Source: a virus (Duplodnaviria; Caudoviricetes). From it: a stretch of 27,792 nucleotides of DNA. The stretch lies in IMG/VR virus record IMGVR_UViG_3300012933_000335, positions 1 to 27,792 of that record; one strand, written 5' to 3'. The notes under the pieces are model-generated. The model had not been told where the DNA came from. It did not search any database and saw only the letters and a list, made by a program, of their open reading frames with translations. Positions within the stretch are counted from its first letter, which is position 1. Every line of letters starts with the position of its first letter. A program made the translations under genes and the position numbers. Positions 8,490-19,300 of this stretch are shown one piece after another.

Positions 8490-10727
8490 ATGGGATGGAA
8501 TCCATTCGCAAGCGAAGAAGTTACCCAGGTAGGCACCCAGGTAATGCGCGTCATCAACGACGCTTCCTTGCCTGACTCTATCCAGTCCGGCTCGATCAAA
8601 GCTTTCTTCCACGAAGGCAACGTGTCCGACTACGTGCTTGAAGACTTGTCCAAAAGCATCGGCGCGCGCGCGGAGAAGATGTACCGCTACGCAGAGAGCA
8701 ACTACACCTATGGCTTGCCGTCAGGTGAGATCTACTCGTCGACCCAAGGTGCTGACCAGGTGGAAGCTCAGATCGAGCTCCAGGAAGGCAAGCAGGTTCT
8801 CATCAAGTACTCGCACTACGGCACGGCCAACGCGCTGCACATCGGGTGGATGAAGCTGATTGCCAGCCATGGCTACAACCCAGACACGAACTTGTTGGGC
8901 ACCTTGACTACCACTAAGGGCAAGTCGGTGTACCTGTCCGACATGGTGGTTGTGGTTCCTCAGACGCTGCTGGCCAACACACCTGCCGGCCGCATTGTTC
9001 AGTGGGGCAGTGCTGCTCGAAGTGGCTACACGCCTGACCGGCCGGCTTCTGCAGCCTTTGCCAATGTGACGACTCCCAGCGCAGTGCAAGTCAGTGACAC
9101 CGGTACCGAAGTCAAGCTGCTGGTCACGTATTGCTGGGAAGAGCTCGGCCAGTACAACGGCACCACCTACGGCACCTTTGAAATTACCTTGGCAGGGTAC
9201 GACCTGACAGCCAACTACTTCCACGCAAAGTACGTGGTCGACGGCCACATCAAGTATTGGGTGTACCGCAAAGGGCAGAACACCGTTGCTGCGCTGGAGA
9301 ACGTCTACACCGAGCAGCCAGCTGTCAGTGGTTCGTATTTCCCGTTCTCGTACTTCCGCTACGGCAAAGCATCGCAGCTGACCGACAAGAACAGCGACGG
9401 GTACAAGACGACCAAGCGCATGCTCAAGCAATTGGGCATGGACTACGACACTGTGGCCACAGGCATCGACGAGAACCCAAGCATTGGAGACGTCGAGCAG
9501 GCCTTGATGATCTTTGCGGTACCGCCGACATCAAGCAACGCAGCAGACAACGAGTACTTGTTTCGGTACTTCGACGTGATGTACGAAGCCATGGATGGTT
9601 CTGGCTCCTTGGCTGAGAACGATCTGCTGCGCACACAGTACGGTCTTCGAAAGCAGGGCAACTGGAGCACTGACTATCAGTCCGTGGTTATCCAAGACAA
9701 GCGATTCAAGATGGTCTTTGGTGTCAACGGCATCTACAAGCAGCTGGTGGCTGGCTCGATTGGAGCAGTTGACAGCTACACCAGTGAGCTTATCCAGGTG
9801 CCCACGCCTGTGACGTACAGCGATGGGGAAGGCGTCAGCTACACCAACATTGAAAACGTGGCGACGTACCGCTACCGCCATCAGATAGCCGAGGGTTTGT
9901 ACGAAGAGCTCACCGTCACCAACATGCGGATGACGTACTACATCTATGGTGGGTACGCGACCGTTGGCAACAACACCAACACTTACCTGTTGGTTCCGTT
10001 GGACTACACGATCACCAAGACAATGCCTCTGCGTCAGCGTGAGCAGCTGTACGCGCGCTCGCTGCACTTCGTTTTCAACAGCCGAACCACGGTCGAAGTG
10101 GAGTGGTACCAGCAAGAATGGTTTGGCATCTTCCTGATTGTGTTGGCTGTGGTTCTGACTATTGCGGACGGCGGCACGGATGGTGGCTCATGGATTGCCA
10201 CTGCACTGGGTGTGACCGGCGTCGAGGCTGTCATCGTCACGGTCATCTTCAACGTGCTGGTGAGCATGTACATCATGCCCGAGTTGTTCAAGATCTTTGT
10301 CAAGGCATTTGGCAAAGACGCCGCAACTATTCTGGCTATTGTTTTGATTGCTTGGGGTGCCTACGAATTAGGTACCAACGGCGTCAAAGGCGCCCCGTTT
10401 GCTCAAGACATGCTGATGCTGTCTACCGGTCTGCAACGAGCCGTCATGGTGGAGAACTACAAGGACTTGTTGGACGAATCCAGCAACTTCCGCGAGTACG
10501 CGGATGCCAAGCAAGAATCGCTTGATGCAGCCAACAAACTGCTGGAAACCAGCACAGTATTAAGTCCTTTCGTAATCTTCGGCGAGAAGCCAGAAGACTT
10601 CTACAATAGGACTATTCACTTCGGTAACATTGGAACCCTGGGGATCACTGCAATTTCCTCCTACGTGGACATAGCACTCACCCTTCCAAAGATTTATGAC
10701 ACGTTAGGAGATCCCAACAATGGCTGA
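8490..10727 (+). CDS. N4 gp53-like virion-associated protein with C-terminal hydrophobic helices
   Basis: 745 aa with SD AGGA. The C-terminal part has WYQ..WF followed by about three hydrophobic segments and ends E.P.DFYNRT. It lies between the gp54- and gp52-like genes. Confidence 0.72.
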   Translation: MGWNPFASEEVTQVGTQVMRVINDASLPDSIQSGSIKAFFHEGNVSDYVLEDLSKSIGARAEKMYRYAESNYTYGLPSGEIYSSTQGADQVEAQIELQEGKQVLIKYSHYGTANALHIGWMKLIASHGYNPDTNLLGTLTTTKGKSVYLSDMVVVVPQTLLANTPAGRIVQWGSAARSGYTPDRPASAAFANVTTPSAVQVSDTGTEVKLLVTYCWEELGQYNGTTYGTFEITLAGYDLTANYFHAKYVVDGHIKYWVYRKGQNTVAALENVYTEQPAVSGSYFPFSYFRYGKASQLTDKNSDGYKTTKRMLKQLGMDYDTVATGIDENPSIGDVEQALMIFAVPPTSSNAADNEYLFRYFDVMYEAMDGSGSLAENDLLRTQYGLRKQGNWSTDYQSVVIQDKRFKMVFGVNGIYKQLVAGSIGAVDSYTSELIQVPTPVTYSDGEGVSYTNIENVATYRYRHQIAEGLYEELTVTNMRMTYYIYGGYATVGNNTNTYLLVPLDYTITKTMPLRQREQLYARSLHFVFNSRTTVEVEWYQQEWFGIFLIVLAVVLTIADGGTDGGSWIATALGVTGVEAVIVTVIFNVLVSMYIMPELFKIFVKAFGKDAATILAIVLIAWGAYELGTNGVKGAPFAQDMLMLSTGLQRAVMVENYKDLLDESSNFREYADAKQESLDAANKLLETSTVLSPFVIFGEKPEDFYNRTIHFGNIGTLGITAISSYVDIALTLPKIYDTLGDPNNG

Positions 10728-11247
10728 CCAATTCACTTACACCCCTATGCCGGCAGTTGATTATTCAATGCCCGGCACTACGCAACAACCATGGGCAAAA
10801 GCCATGGCCAACTGGGGTTATCAACCCAACATCCCTGATCCATCTCGCATGGGAGACTATTCGTTTGCCGGCATGCCCACGCCTCAGCTAAGTGCCATGA
10901 CAACTCCTGCTGTGAGCCCATCTGCTGCTGGTGGCTTTACTGACTGGTTGCGCGGCAACGGCGTCATTGGCCAAGTTGATCCCAAGACCGGTGTCCGTAC
11001 CGATGGTTGGGGTGGTCTGGCTTTGGGTGCTGCTACTGGTTTGGGTAGCTTGTACCTGGGCATGCAACAGTACAACCTGGCCAAGGAAACCCTGGCCAAC
11101 AACAAAGCCCAGTTCGAGCGCAACTTCGCCAACCAGGTGAAGACGACCAACACAAACTTGGAAGATCGCCAGCGCGCACGCGTGGCATCCAACGCCGGCG
11201 CCTACCAATCGGTGGGTGAGTACATGTCTCAGAATGGAGTGAAGTAA
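10720..11247 (+). CDS. N4 gp52-like small ejection protein
   Basis: 175 aa, no Cys, SD AGGAG. A Gly-rich hydrophobic helix (GWGGLALGAATGLGSLYLG) is followed by a coiled coil ending NT.LEDRQRARVASN..AYQSV. Confidence 0.78.
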   Translation: MADQFTYTPMPAVDYSMPGTTQQPWAKAMANWGYQPNIPDPSRMGDYSFAGMPTPQLSAMTTPAVSPSAAGGFTDWLRGNGVIGQVDPKTGVRTDGWGGLALGAATGLGSLYLGMQQYNLAKETLANNKAQFERNFANQVKTTNTNLEDRQRARVASNAGAYQSVGEYMSQNGVK

Positions 11248-12578
11248 TGGCCGAACCAATCACCTGGCGAAATGTCACCGGCCCTTCGCTGGCTGATGCA
11301 AGTCGCCCACTACAGATCGCACAACAAACACTGGCCAGCGGGTTCAACACCTTTAATGACCAGTTGAAATCCATGGAAGCCACCGACGCGGCTAACTGGG
11401 AACAGGTCAAGAAGAACAACACCAACGAGTTCATGAACCGACTCATGGAAGCACAGACTGCTGAGCAGTTTGGCAACATGAATTCGGGCAATGCCATGGG
11501 CAAGATGCTCGCTGGCTACGGCGCACAGATTGATCAAGCTGCTGCACGTACAGCATTGGATCAACGCCTGGGTACTCTGCAGGATCGTGACATCCGCGGC
11601 ATCACGTACAACAACACGATGCTCGATGAGAAGCAAGCACCGATGGTTCGTGAGATCCAGATGCTGAGCTTGACTGATCCTGCAGCCGCCAAGGCTCGTC
11701 TGGCTGAGAACCCTGACATTCGCAAAGCGTTTGAACTGGCAACCGGCATTGACACCCGTGAGTGGCTGGTGAAGGAACGTGGCTGGAAAGAAGAGATGCA
11801 GCCGCTCGATGTCCAAGCCAAGAAGGCAGACATTGAGCGCACAGGTGCCCAGACTGTTCTGGCCAAAGCACAGGCTGATCACCAGATCGCTACGGCTGAA
11901 CGTGAGCGCGCATACATCAACGCACTCAAGGCTGGTGGCTACGGCGGCTTGGGCAGTGGTACAGCTGGTTTGAGCGGCGTTCCTGGTGAGAGTGGTTCAC
12001 TGGCTAACGGTGGTACTCCTGCCCTGGCCGCTGTCAACGCTCAGTGGAAAGAAACGCTGAAGAACTCTGTTTATGGCGGTGGTGACTACTCGACTACAGA
12101 CGGAAAGAAAGAGCTTGATGAAACCCTCAAGCGCATGGGTATTACTGGGGATGCAGCAGACGACATTCGGGCCAACCTGAGCAAGTACTACAAGGACGGC
12201 GCGGTCATTGGCCACGATGACAAAGGCAGAGCAATCCGAGCACCGTTGCCAATTGCAACAATTGTCGATGCGCTCAGCGTGTCTAGTGAGAACCCGCTTG
12301 CTGCAATTACACCTCTTTGGAGCCGTCGTGGTGATGATGTTGTCAACACCCTTGACAAGATGTTTGGTGTGGACAGTAAAGGTAACAAGGTCAGTCGTGG
12401 TGAGAACTACCGTGCAGACTTGGTTGCCGAAATGGCTGCAATCCGCGAGATGCAAGCTCAACGTGATGCACGTTTGGCCGGTACCGCGGTGCCCACTGTT
12501 CTTCAGGACTCTACGGATCCGAACGCTTGGAAGAAAGCCCCAAAGGGCAAGAGCGTTATGTTCCCAAAGGTGAGGTGA
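11247..12578 (+). CDS. N4 gp51-like ejection protein (0-frame product)
   Basis: 443 aa, no Cys, with an N-terminal PITWRNV motif. It has a TAATG overlap with the gp52-like gene and lies between gp52 and vRNAP. Confidence 0.72.
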   Translation: MAEPITWRNVTGPSLADASRPLQIAQQTLASGFNTFNDQLKSMEATDAANWEQVKKNNTNEFMNRLMEAQTAEQFGNMNSGNAMGKMLAGYGAQIDQAAARTALDQRLGTLQDRDIRGITYNNTMLDEKQAPMVREIQMLSLTDPAAAKARLAENPDIRKAFELATGIDTREWLVKERGWKEEMQPLDVQAKKADIERTGAQTVLAKAQADHQIATAERERAYINALKAGGYGGLGSGTAGLSGVPGESGSLANGGTPALAAVNAQWKETLKNSVYGGGDYSTTDGKKELDETLKRMGITGDAADDIRANLSKYYKDGAVIGHDDKGRAIRAPLPIATIVDALSVSSENPLAAITPLWSRRGDDVVNTLDKMFGVDSKGNKVSRGENYRADLVAEMAAIREMQAQRDARLAGTAVPTVLQDSTDPNAWKKAPKGKSVMFPKVR

Positions 12579-13261
12579 CCCAGCCGACACCATCCATCCC
12601 GAATGCACCCGGGGTGGTTGGGTCACCTAAGAAGGATGGGCCGTTGGCCATCAAACCGGACGCCAGTGGGCCCAAGCCTGCAGGCGATAACCTGTCCGTC
12701 AACCTCGGAACAGGTAGCGTTACACCGGCCGAACCTGTAGTCGTCCCAAAAGTTGCTTGGAACAAGCCAGAAACCGTGGTGGAAGCCAAGCCTTCAAAGC
12801 TGAAGGGCCCTACAGAGAAGGCAGTCGTCACGTTTGTGCAGGACGGAGACACCGCATCGCTCAATCGTGCCGATGGCTCGAGCATCAATTGCCGTTTGGA
12901 CTTCGATGCACCTGAAACAGCGCACGAAAAGCATGGCAAAAAAGGCCAAGCCTATGGCGAGGAGTCTAGAAAGACGCTTCAGGACATGATTTTGAACAAG
13001 GAAGTGACGCTGAAGATCGTGAAACCGGCCACTGCCAACGCAAACTTCAACCGAGCCACCTGCCAAATCGAGATCGAAGGCAAGAACTTGTCCAGAGAGA
13101 TGATTCGACAGGGCATGGCATGGGTCTATCGTGAGTTCAACAACGATCCTGAGCTCCTTGGATTGGAAGCCCAAGCTAGAAAGGGTGGAGTTGGTTTATG
13201 GAGCGATCCAAATCCACAATATCCAGCCGATTTCCGAAGGCAATTAAGACAAGGTAGATGA
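12527..13261 (+). CDS. Staphylococcal nuclease (thermonuclease, SNase) domain preceded by a Pro-rich linker; probably the -1 frame extension of the gp51-like gene
   Basis: Motifs V..VQDGDT, RL.FDAPE, Q.YGEES, NFNR, M.RQGMAWVY and E..AR....GLWSD.NP..P..FR. The start is uncertain (TTG 12527, GTG 12575, or frameshift entry). The frame is open from 12467. Confidence 0.88.
   Translation: MEESPKGQERYVPKGEVTQPTPSIPNAPGVVGSPKKDGPLAIKPDASGPKPAGDNLSVNLGTGSVTPAEPVVVPKVAWNKPETVVEAKPSKLKGPTEKAVVTFVQDGDTASLNRADGSSINCRLDFDAPETAHEKHGKKGQAYGEESRKTLQDMILNKEVTLKIVKPATANANFNRATCQIEIEGKNLSREMIRQGMAWVYREFNNDPELLGLEAQARKGGVGLWSDPNPQYPADFRRQLRQGR
12539..12640 (+). promoter_or_regulatory. Candidate -1 programmed ribosomal frameshift signal
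   Basis: In-frame X-XXY-YYZ heptamers C-CCA-AAG at 12539-12545 and 12563-12569. A 13-bp stem forms between 12573-12585 and 12616-12628, and loop CCATCC is complementary to GGATGG at 12634-12639. Confidence 0.62.
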
Positions 13262-13263
13262 AC

Positions 13264-13291
13264 AAGGCGGGTATATCCCGCCTTTTTCTTT
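13264..13291 (+). terminator. Intrinsic terminator after nuclease domain
   Basis: AAGGCGGG-TATAT-CCCGCCTT-TTTCTTT. Confidence 0.88.
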
Positions 13292-13324
13292 AGAATAGGT
13301 GCAATCCTTTATTCGGAAAGCACC

Positions 13325-16300
13325 ATGGACCAATTAAACCCATTTGCAGGCAAGATGGAAGAGCTTTTAAAAGCCCGTCTTGAGAAAGCTGCGCAAGTTC
13401 GTGATTCGATTGCACGAAACGAAGTAGAAGTCGCAGCAGCCCGCGCAGATTGGGACAGTTCAATTGCCGGCAAGCTCGGTTTTGACATGGGTAGCACTGC
13501 TGGTTCAGTTGCCAACACTATTGCAGCTACGGCAGCTGAAGGTGCCGACGCTGTTGGTGCTCTTGCAGGCGGTTTCTACGATGCCAAGGTTGGTGCCTTG
13601 GACATGCACATCCCAGATCGAGCCAAAGTAGCTCGACTCCGTCAGCTGGCAGGCAAAGCCACCGAGGAAGACCTCAAAGTACTGGCTGCACCAGCAGGCG
13701 ATTTGCAGATGCCTAGCTACGTGGCTCCAATGTACCGCGAGCAGTTCAACCGCGGCACGTTTGAGACCAACCAGCAACGTATTGAAGCTGCAGAGAAGGC
13801 CCGTGATCGTGGCCAAGAAGTCCGCAAGGCTCTGAGCTTAGATGACCTGGTAGCTCGAGACCAAGTAACGGGCCAGAAGACCTCCGGTCTCGTCCGTCGG
13901 ACGCTTGGAGATGCAGCGGTATCCACTGCCAAGGGCATTGTTGGCCTGGGCGAGGCAGCAGTTGGTGTCGGTGACATCGCTACGCTTGGTTTGTCAGGCA
14001 AAGGCTGGGAAGCCATGGGGTATGACCCCAAAGGTACCCACAAGGTTCTGGATTCGTACTACAGCCCTGAACAGCGCGCTGCAAACGCCAAGGTACAAGA
14101 AGCCCAAGGCTTCCTGAACACGATTGAAGAGGGTTTGGACAACCCCAGCACCATTGCACAGGGCCTGATTCAGTCTTTGCCTGCAATGTTGGGTGGTGGT
14201 GCCATCGGCAAAGAGTTGCTGATGCAGTACCCCAAGGTCATGGAGCTCATCAGCAAGTCGCCTGCATTGGCAGCTCTGGCTGAGAAGCTTCCAGCTCTGA
14301 CGCAGGGTGGTGCAGCTGCAATTGGTGAAGGCACCCTCATGGCCGGCAACGTAGCCGAGGGTATCCGCCAAGAAACAGACGATCGTCGTCTCAGCTTGAA
14401 GCAGGCATTGCTTGCAACCGGCGCTGGTGTCCTTGGTGCCGGTGCAGCGGTGGGTGGCAACAAGCTTGCACGCCGTCTGGGCGTGGGTGACATCGATGAG
14501 GCTGTGGTTGCTGGCTCGTTGCAGCCTACCCGTCGTGGTGCCCTTACTGCACCAGTGCTCTCTACTGCGTTGGAGAGCGGCGAAGAAGCGGCTCAGTCTG
14601 CAGTGGAGACGGTTGCCAAGAACGTCGCACTGGACAAGGAATATGACGGGGGCTTGGGCAACGCCGTGGGCATGGGCGTGCTTACTGGTGGGCCCATGGG
14701 CTTTGTTGGTGGCTTGGGTGGCAGCGTAGCGGCCGATGGCAAGGAAGAGATCGACAAGCGCAACCGCCAGGCCAAGCAGAAAGATGCTGTAGCTACTGGC
14801 AACGTCGACAGCCTGGTTGACCCAGCCTCCAAAGACTACGATCCCGCGCGCGCAGTGGCTGCTTTGTACGGCAACAGCAAGCAGGAAGGTGCCACCGAAG
14901 ATACCAAGCAGACCAACTTCGAAAAGGCATCGAAGATCGTCTCCGACTTGGAAGAACGACGCGACGGTTTCGTCAAAGATCTGACCAAAAGCAAAGCCGT
15001 GCAGGAAGCACAGGCTCAGCTGGATGCAATGAAGCAAGTGCTGGCAGAGACCGACCCAGCAGATACCGCATTGGTCGCTAAGCGCACCGAGTTGGTCAAG
15101 GCATTGGAAGAGGAAGTTGGTTTTGTCAAAGCTGATGTGCAAACGCAGATCGATGAAACCAACAAGCAACTGAAGACTGCAGAGCAACGTCTGAAGACGT
15201 TCAATCAGCAGATGCAGGATCGCAACTTCGATGCGAAGGCGGCTGCAGCCAGCATCAGTAGCAGTGACCCAGTGGCTTCACAAGCCACAGCGGCCAAGAT
15301 CATCAGCTTGGCTATGGCAAGTCCTGAAGACCTTGATGTGGCCACTGCCGAGTTGCTGGCCACCGATGCCGGCAGCAAGCTGACTGAATCACAACGCAAA
15401 TTCTTCCGCGCATTCCTCAATGCACGCGTTGCTGAGAACTTGCTGAAGTCAACTGACGACGTCAGCGACAACGTCATGACCGGTGGCAAAGGCTACGTCG
15501 GTCTGAACACTTACCGATCCAACATGGCATCGGCATTGACCGGCAACAACAAGCGCGCAGCAGACAACCAGTTGAAGCAACTGGATTCATTTGCTGCAGA
15601 TCACGCTGCCAAAGCCAAGGTGTTGAACGATGCGCAAGCACAGTACTCGAGCACTGGTACTCCAGTCCAAGTGCTTAGCGACGGCAATCGCGGTTGGAGA
15701 ATCAATACTGGTACCCCGCTGTCTGAGACTGACATGCGAAATGGTGGGCACCTAACAGTCGACATGCGCAGCGGCAAGCTGATCGCAAAAGTCGGACAAG
15801 AGAGCCGAGCAATCACCAGCACAGCAAACGAACTGCGTGCTGCCTATGACCACAAGTTTTCTCCCTCACAGAAGGAGACCAATGATGTCAAGAACGAATC
15901 ACCCGCCTCGGGAGATCAGAGCACCCAAGAACGGTCTGCGCAGGAAGCCGCGGCAGAAGAAGGTGACACCGAAGGAAGTGGCGATGTTGGGCAGGGAGCA
16001 GCAGAGTCCGCTGTACAGAGCAGCGATGCAGCGTCTGCAGACGAAGTTGCCACGACGGATGGAGTGACTGAGGAGGCTCCTGCCTCTACTAAGGAAGCTG
16101 CTACGGCTGAAGGTCAAACCCAGTCTACTGAGGAAGCTAACACGACTGAGCAGCAGGGCACTGACGAAGTGCCCGTAGCGGCACCTGAAAATGAAACGAC
16201 GACTGGTCTCACAGTGCTCAGCGAGCAGACTTCGGACGAAGTGTTGCCTCCCAACACTAAGCTGGGCACCGTGTACCGCACCATCAACAAGGCGATCGCC

Positions 16301-19300
16301 TTCCTCACACAGACGAAGGCTCGCATCGAGAAGGACAGCGACATCGCCAAGGATCGTCCCCTGGTGTCGGTGTCGAACATGCTCAGCCGCTGGAATGCAG
16401 GTGAGGTGGTTCCATCGGACCTGTTTGCAGACGAGCTCATGGAAGGTGAGATCGGCGCGCTGACTAAGTTCCAAGAGTTTGCCAACAAGTGGTCTCCACT
16501 GATCCGTCAGAACCTGACCAAGGGTGGTATTGCCAACTTGAAAGGCAACCTCCCCACAGCTGAGTTCCTGTTCGAAGATCCGTTGCAGGACTTCTTCAAC
16601 AAGGATGGTTCAGTTGACGAGAACCTTGTCACGGCCATTGCTTATGGTGCCTACAACTTCCTCGTTGACTCGATGAACACGCCGGCATTGAAGGAAGATG
16701 AAGACATCCTGAAGATGCACGGTCTGCACGGTGCTGAAGTTACGGTCTCCCGTGAAGGTCGACGCGCAATGGCAACCCTTGCTCAGTTCAAGGACAGTGC
16801 CGCAAGCTCGATGGGTCGCTACGTGACTGATGCTCTTGGTTTGAAGGTCAACGACAAGGCGCCAGCCGACTACATGAGCAAGCTGCAGACAGCATTTGGT
16901 CTGCAGGCTCTGGTGTTGTTGTCTCAGGATGAAGTGAACATGGTTGACACTGTCACAGTCGACGGAGCCGACCTGAATCGCTACTTGCCTGGGATCGACA
17001 TCCAGCCCAACCCAGTCAAAGCCAAGTCTGGTAAGGACGTCTACCCAACGATCACGTATGTGCGCGTGCGTCGTGAGGCTGGTCTGCAGCTGCCGGATGA
17101 CAGCAAGTCAATCCGTGACGCCTCAGTGCAATCGCATGGTGTGGTTCAGCGTTTGTTCAGTTCCGAGCACGCCGGCCAGTACGCATCGTGGAAGCCCACG
17201 AAGTTCAGCCAGCAACAAGCCAAGAAGACAGACCAGAACATCTCCAAGACCCAGCGCCGCATCTTGAGCAAAGCGCAGCAGGTACCTCACCGCATCATCC
17301 CAGCAATGTGGGATGCCTTGTCGGTGTTGGGTGATGAGGTCATCCTCAAAGCTGCCGGCTGGACCGAGTACAACGAAGAGCGCATCCAGAAAGAGAACCG
17401 TGACTCAGTCATGGCAAAGAATCTGGGCTTGGAAGACCAGTTGTCAGCGATGAAGGCACTGGTTCAAGACGCTATCGACAACAGTCCCGAGAAGATCAAC
17501 CAGCCGTTCTACGCAACGCTCGAAGTCTGGAAGAACTTCCGTGTTGGTGTGGCTACGCACAACATGAACTTGCAGAGCAGCAAGATTCATCGCTTCATGT
17601 TCACCCGCCCTGAGTGGGAGAGCACGATCTCGTTGAACGATGACGCAGCCATCGAGCAATTGGTGGTGTCTTTGGCTCAGGCGTTTGGTGTGAAGATCGA
17701 CCAGCAGCCAAACATCGAAACGATGGCTAAATTCAAGGACATGGTTGAGGCTGATGACGGACGCATTCAGAAGATGGCCATGGCTTTGGCCAAGGCACTG
17801 GAAACACCGACCGTAGAAGCGCTCACCGCAGTCCAGAAGGAAGAGATCGCCAAGTTCACTGCAGATGCCGAGGGCATGCAAACGCTCCAGGCCTTGGTGG
17901 CTTACGGCCAGTTCGAGAATGCCAAGCAGATCGGTCTCGACGCAGTCACCGTGAACATGTTGGTGGGTGTGGATGGCAAAACCAACGGCCCGATCCTGAC
18001 CTACTTGGCTTTGGGTGCAGAAGAGAACGTTGATTCGTTGTTTACGCAGATCAACCGCGGCGGCATGTACCGTGCAGCGGACAACACCAAGAACTACAAC
18101 GACTGGTACACGCGCGCTACCAGCTTGGACTTGTACGAAGACTTGGCCAGCAAGATCTTGGAAGGCATTGAAGCCAGCCCTCAGCTTGCTGCCATCTACA
18201 CGTTCACCAAGGAATTGACCAGCGGTGACAAGGTGACGTCTGCCGGCCGTAACTTGGCCAAGACTCCGCTGACATCGTTCATCTTTGGTTCGTCAGTCGA
18301 CAAGTCGATCGAGAACATGAAGGACGCTTTCGTCCAGTCTGTGTTTGACCGCATCGAAGCCGTGGCCAACGGGGATGACAAGAAGACGACCCGTCTGCAG
18401 ATCATCCAGAGTTTGAACACGCTGATGGGAAGCAAGATTCCTGAAAGCGCTGGTATCGAGTTCTTGTTGAACCGCGAGTTCAGCGAGAAGGAGAAAGCTG
18501 CTTTGGCTGATGCGTTCAACCAGCAGCTAGGCTCTCGTGTTGAAGACACAATGAAGTTCTACTTTGACACGTACCTGACTCGCCGCAACGACATTAACGG
18601 CACCATTCAGGGCGCCTTCAAAATCTACGACGCAATCTATCAAGACCTCCGAGCCAAAGAGATCCAACGTCTCATGGACGAGGGGGAGATGGATTTCGTG
18701 GTCCGCAACGGAGAGCGTCTGCCTACCCACGAGATGACTGTGGCTCAGGAGAAAGCATTGCGTGACAAGGTCCAAGGCATCCTGCCTTTGGCCAACACCG
18801 CGTACACCGTTGATGACAACGAGTTGGATGCTGGCCTGTACATGGCCAAGACCCGCAAGGGTGCTGGTGACCAGAACAGCGACAAGGTCAAGGTCCTGCT
18901 GGGCAAGTTGATCCCGACGGGTGACAACTGGCGAACCAACCAGATCAGTGGCTGGGCAACCCGGAGCATGGAGACATCCCCTGGTGTTGCTGGTTTGCCG
19001 TACCTGATGCACTCGTTTGACTCTGCAGTCATGCACACGTCTTTGGAAGACACCGATACATTGAACGTGCACGACGAAGCCGGGAACGGTGTGAACAATG
19101 TCAAGCGCACAGCGACCGCCATCAACAAAGCCACCTTTGATCAGATGCTCAACTTCTCGCCGGCGACTGAAGCCTATGCGATGTTGGGCCGTGTGATCAC
19201 CAACGCAGTGACCATGATCGAAGCCGGCGAAGTGTCGACTGATGCGCTGGCTAGTGTGAAGGAGGCTTTGCGCGCAGCCTTGCCATTCAAGATGCGCAAC

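Noticed and set aside
15880-16250. Low-complexity E/A/T/S-rich stretch in vRNAP as a repeat or insertion element
   Set aside because: It is an in-frame acidic linker before the polymerase domain, with no DNA-level tandem repeat.
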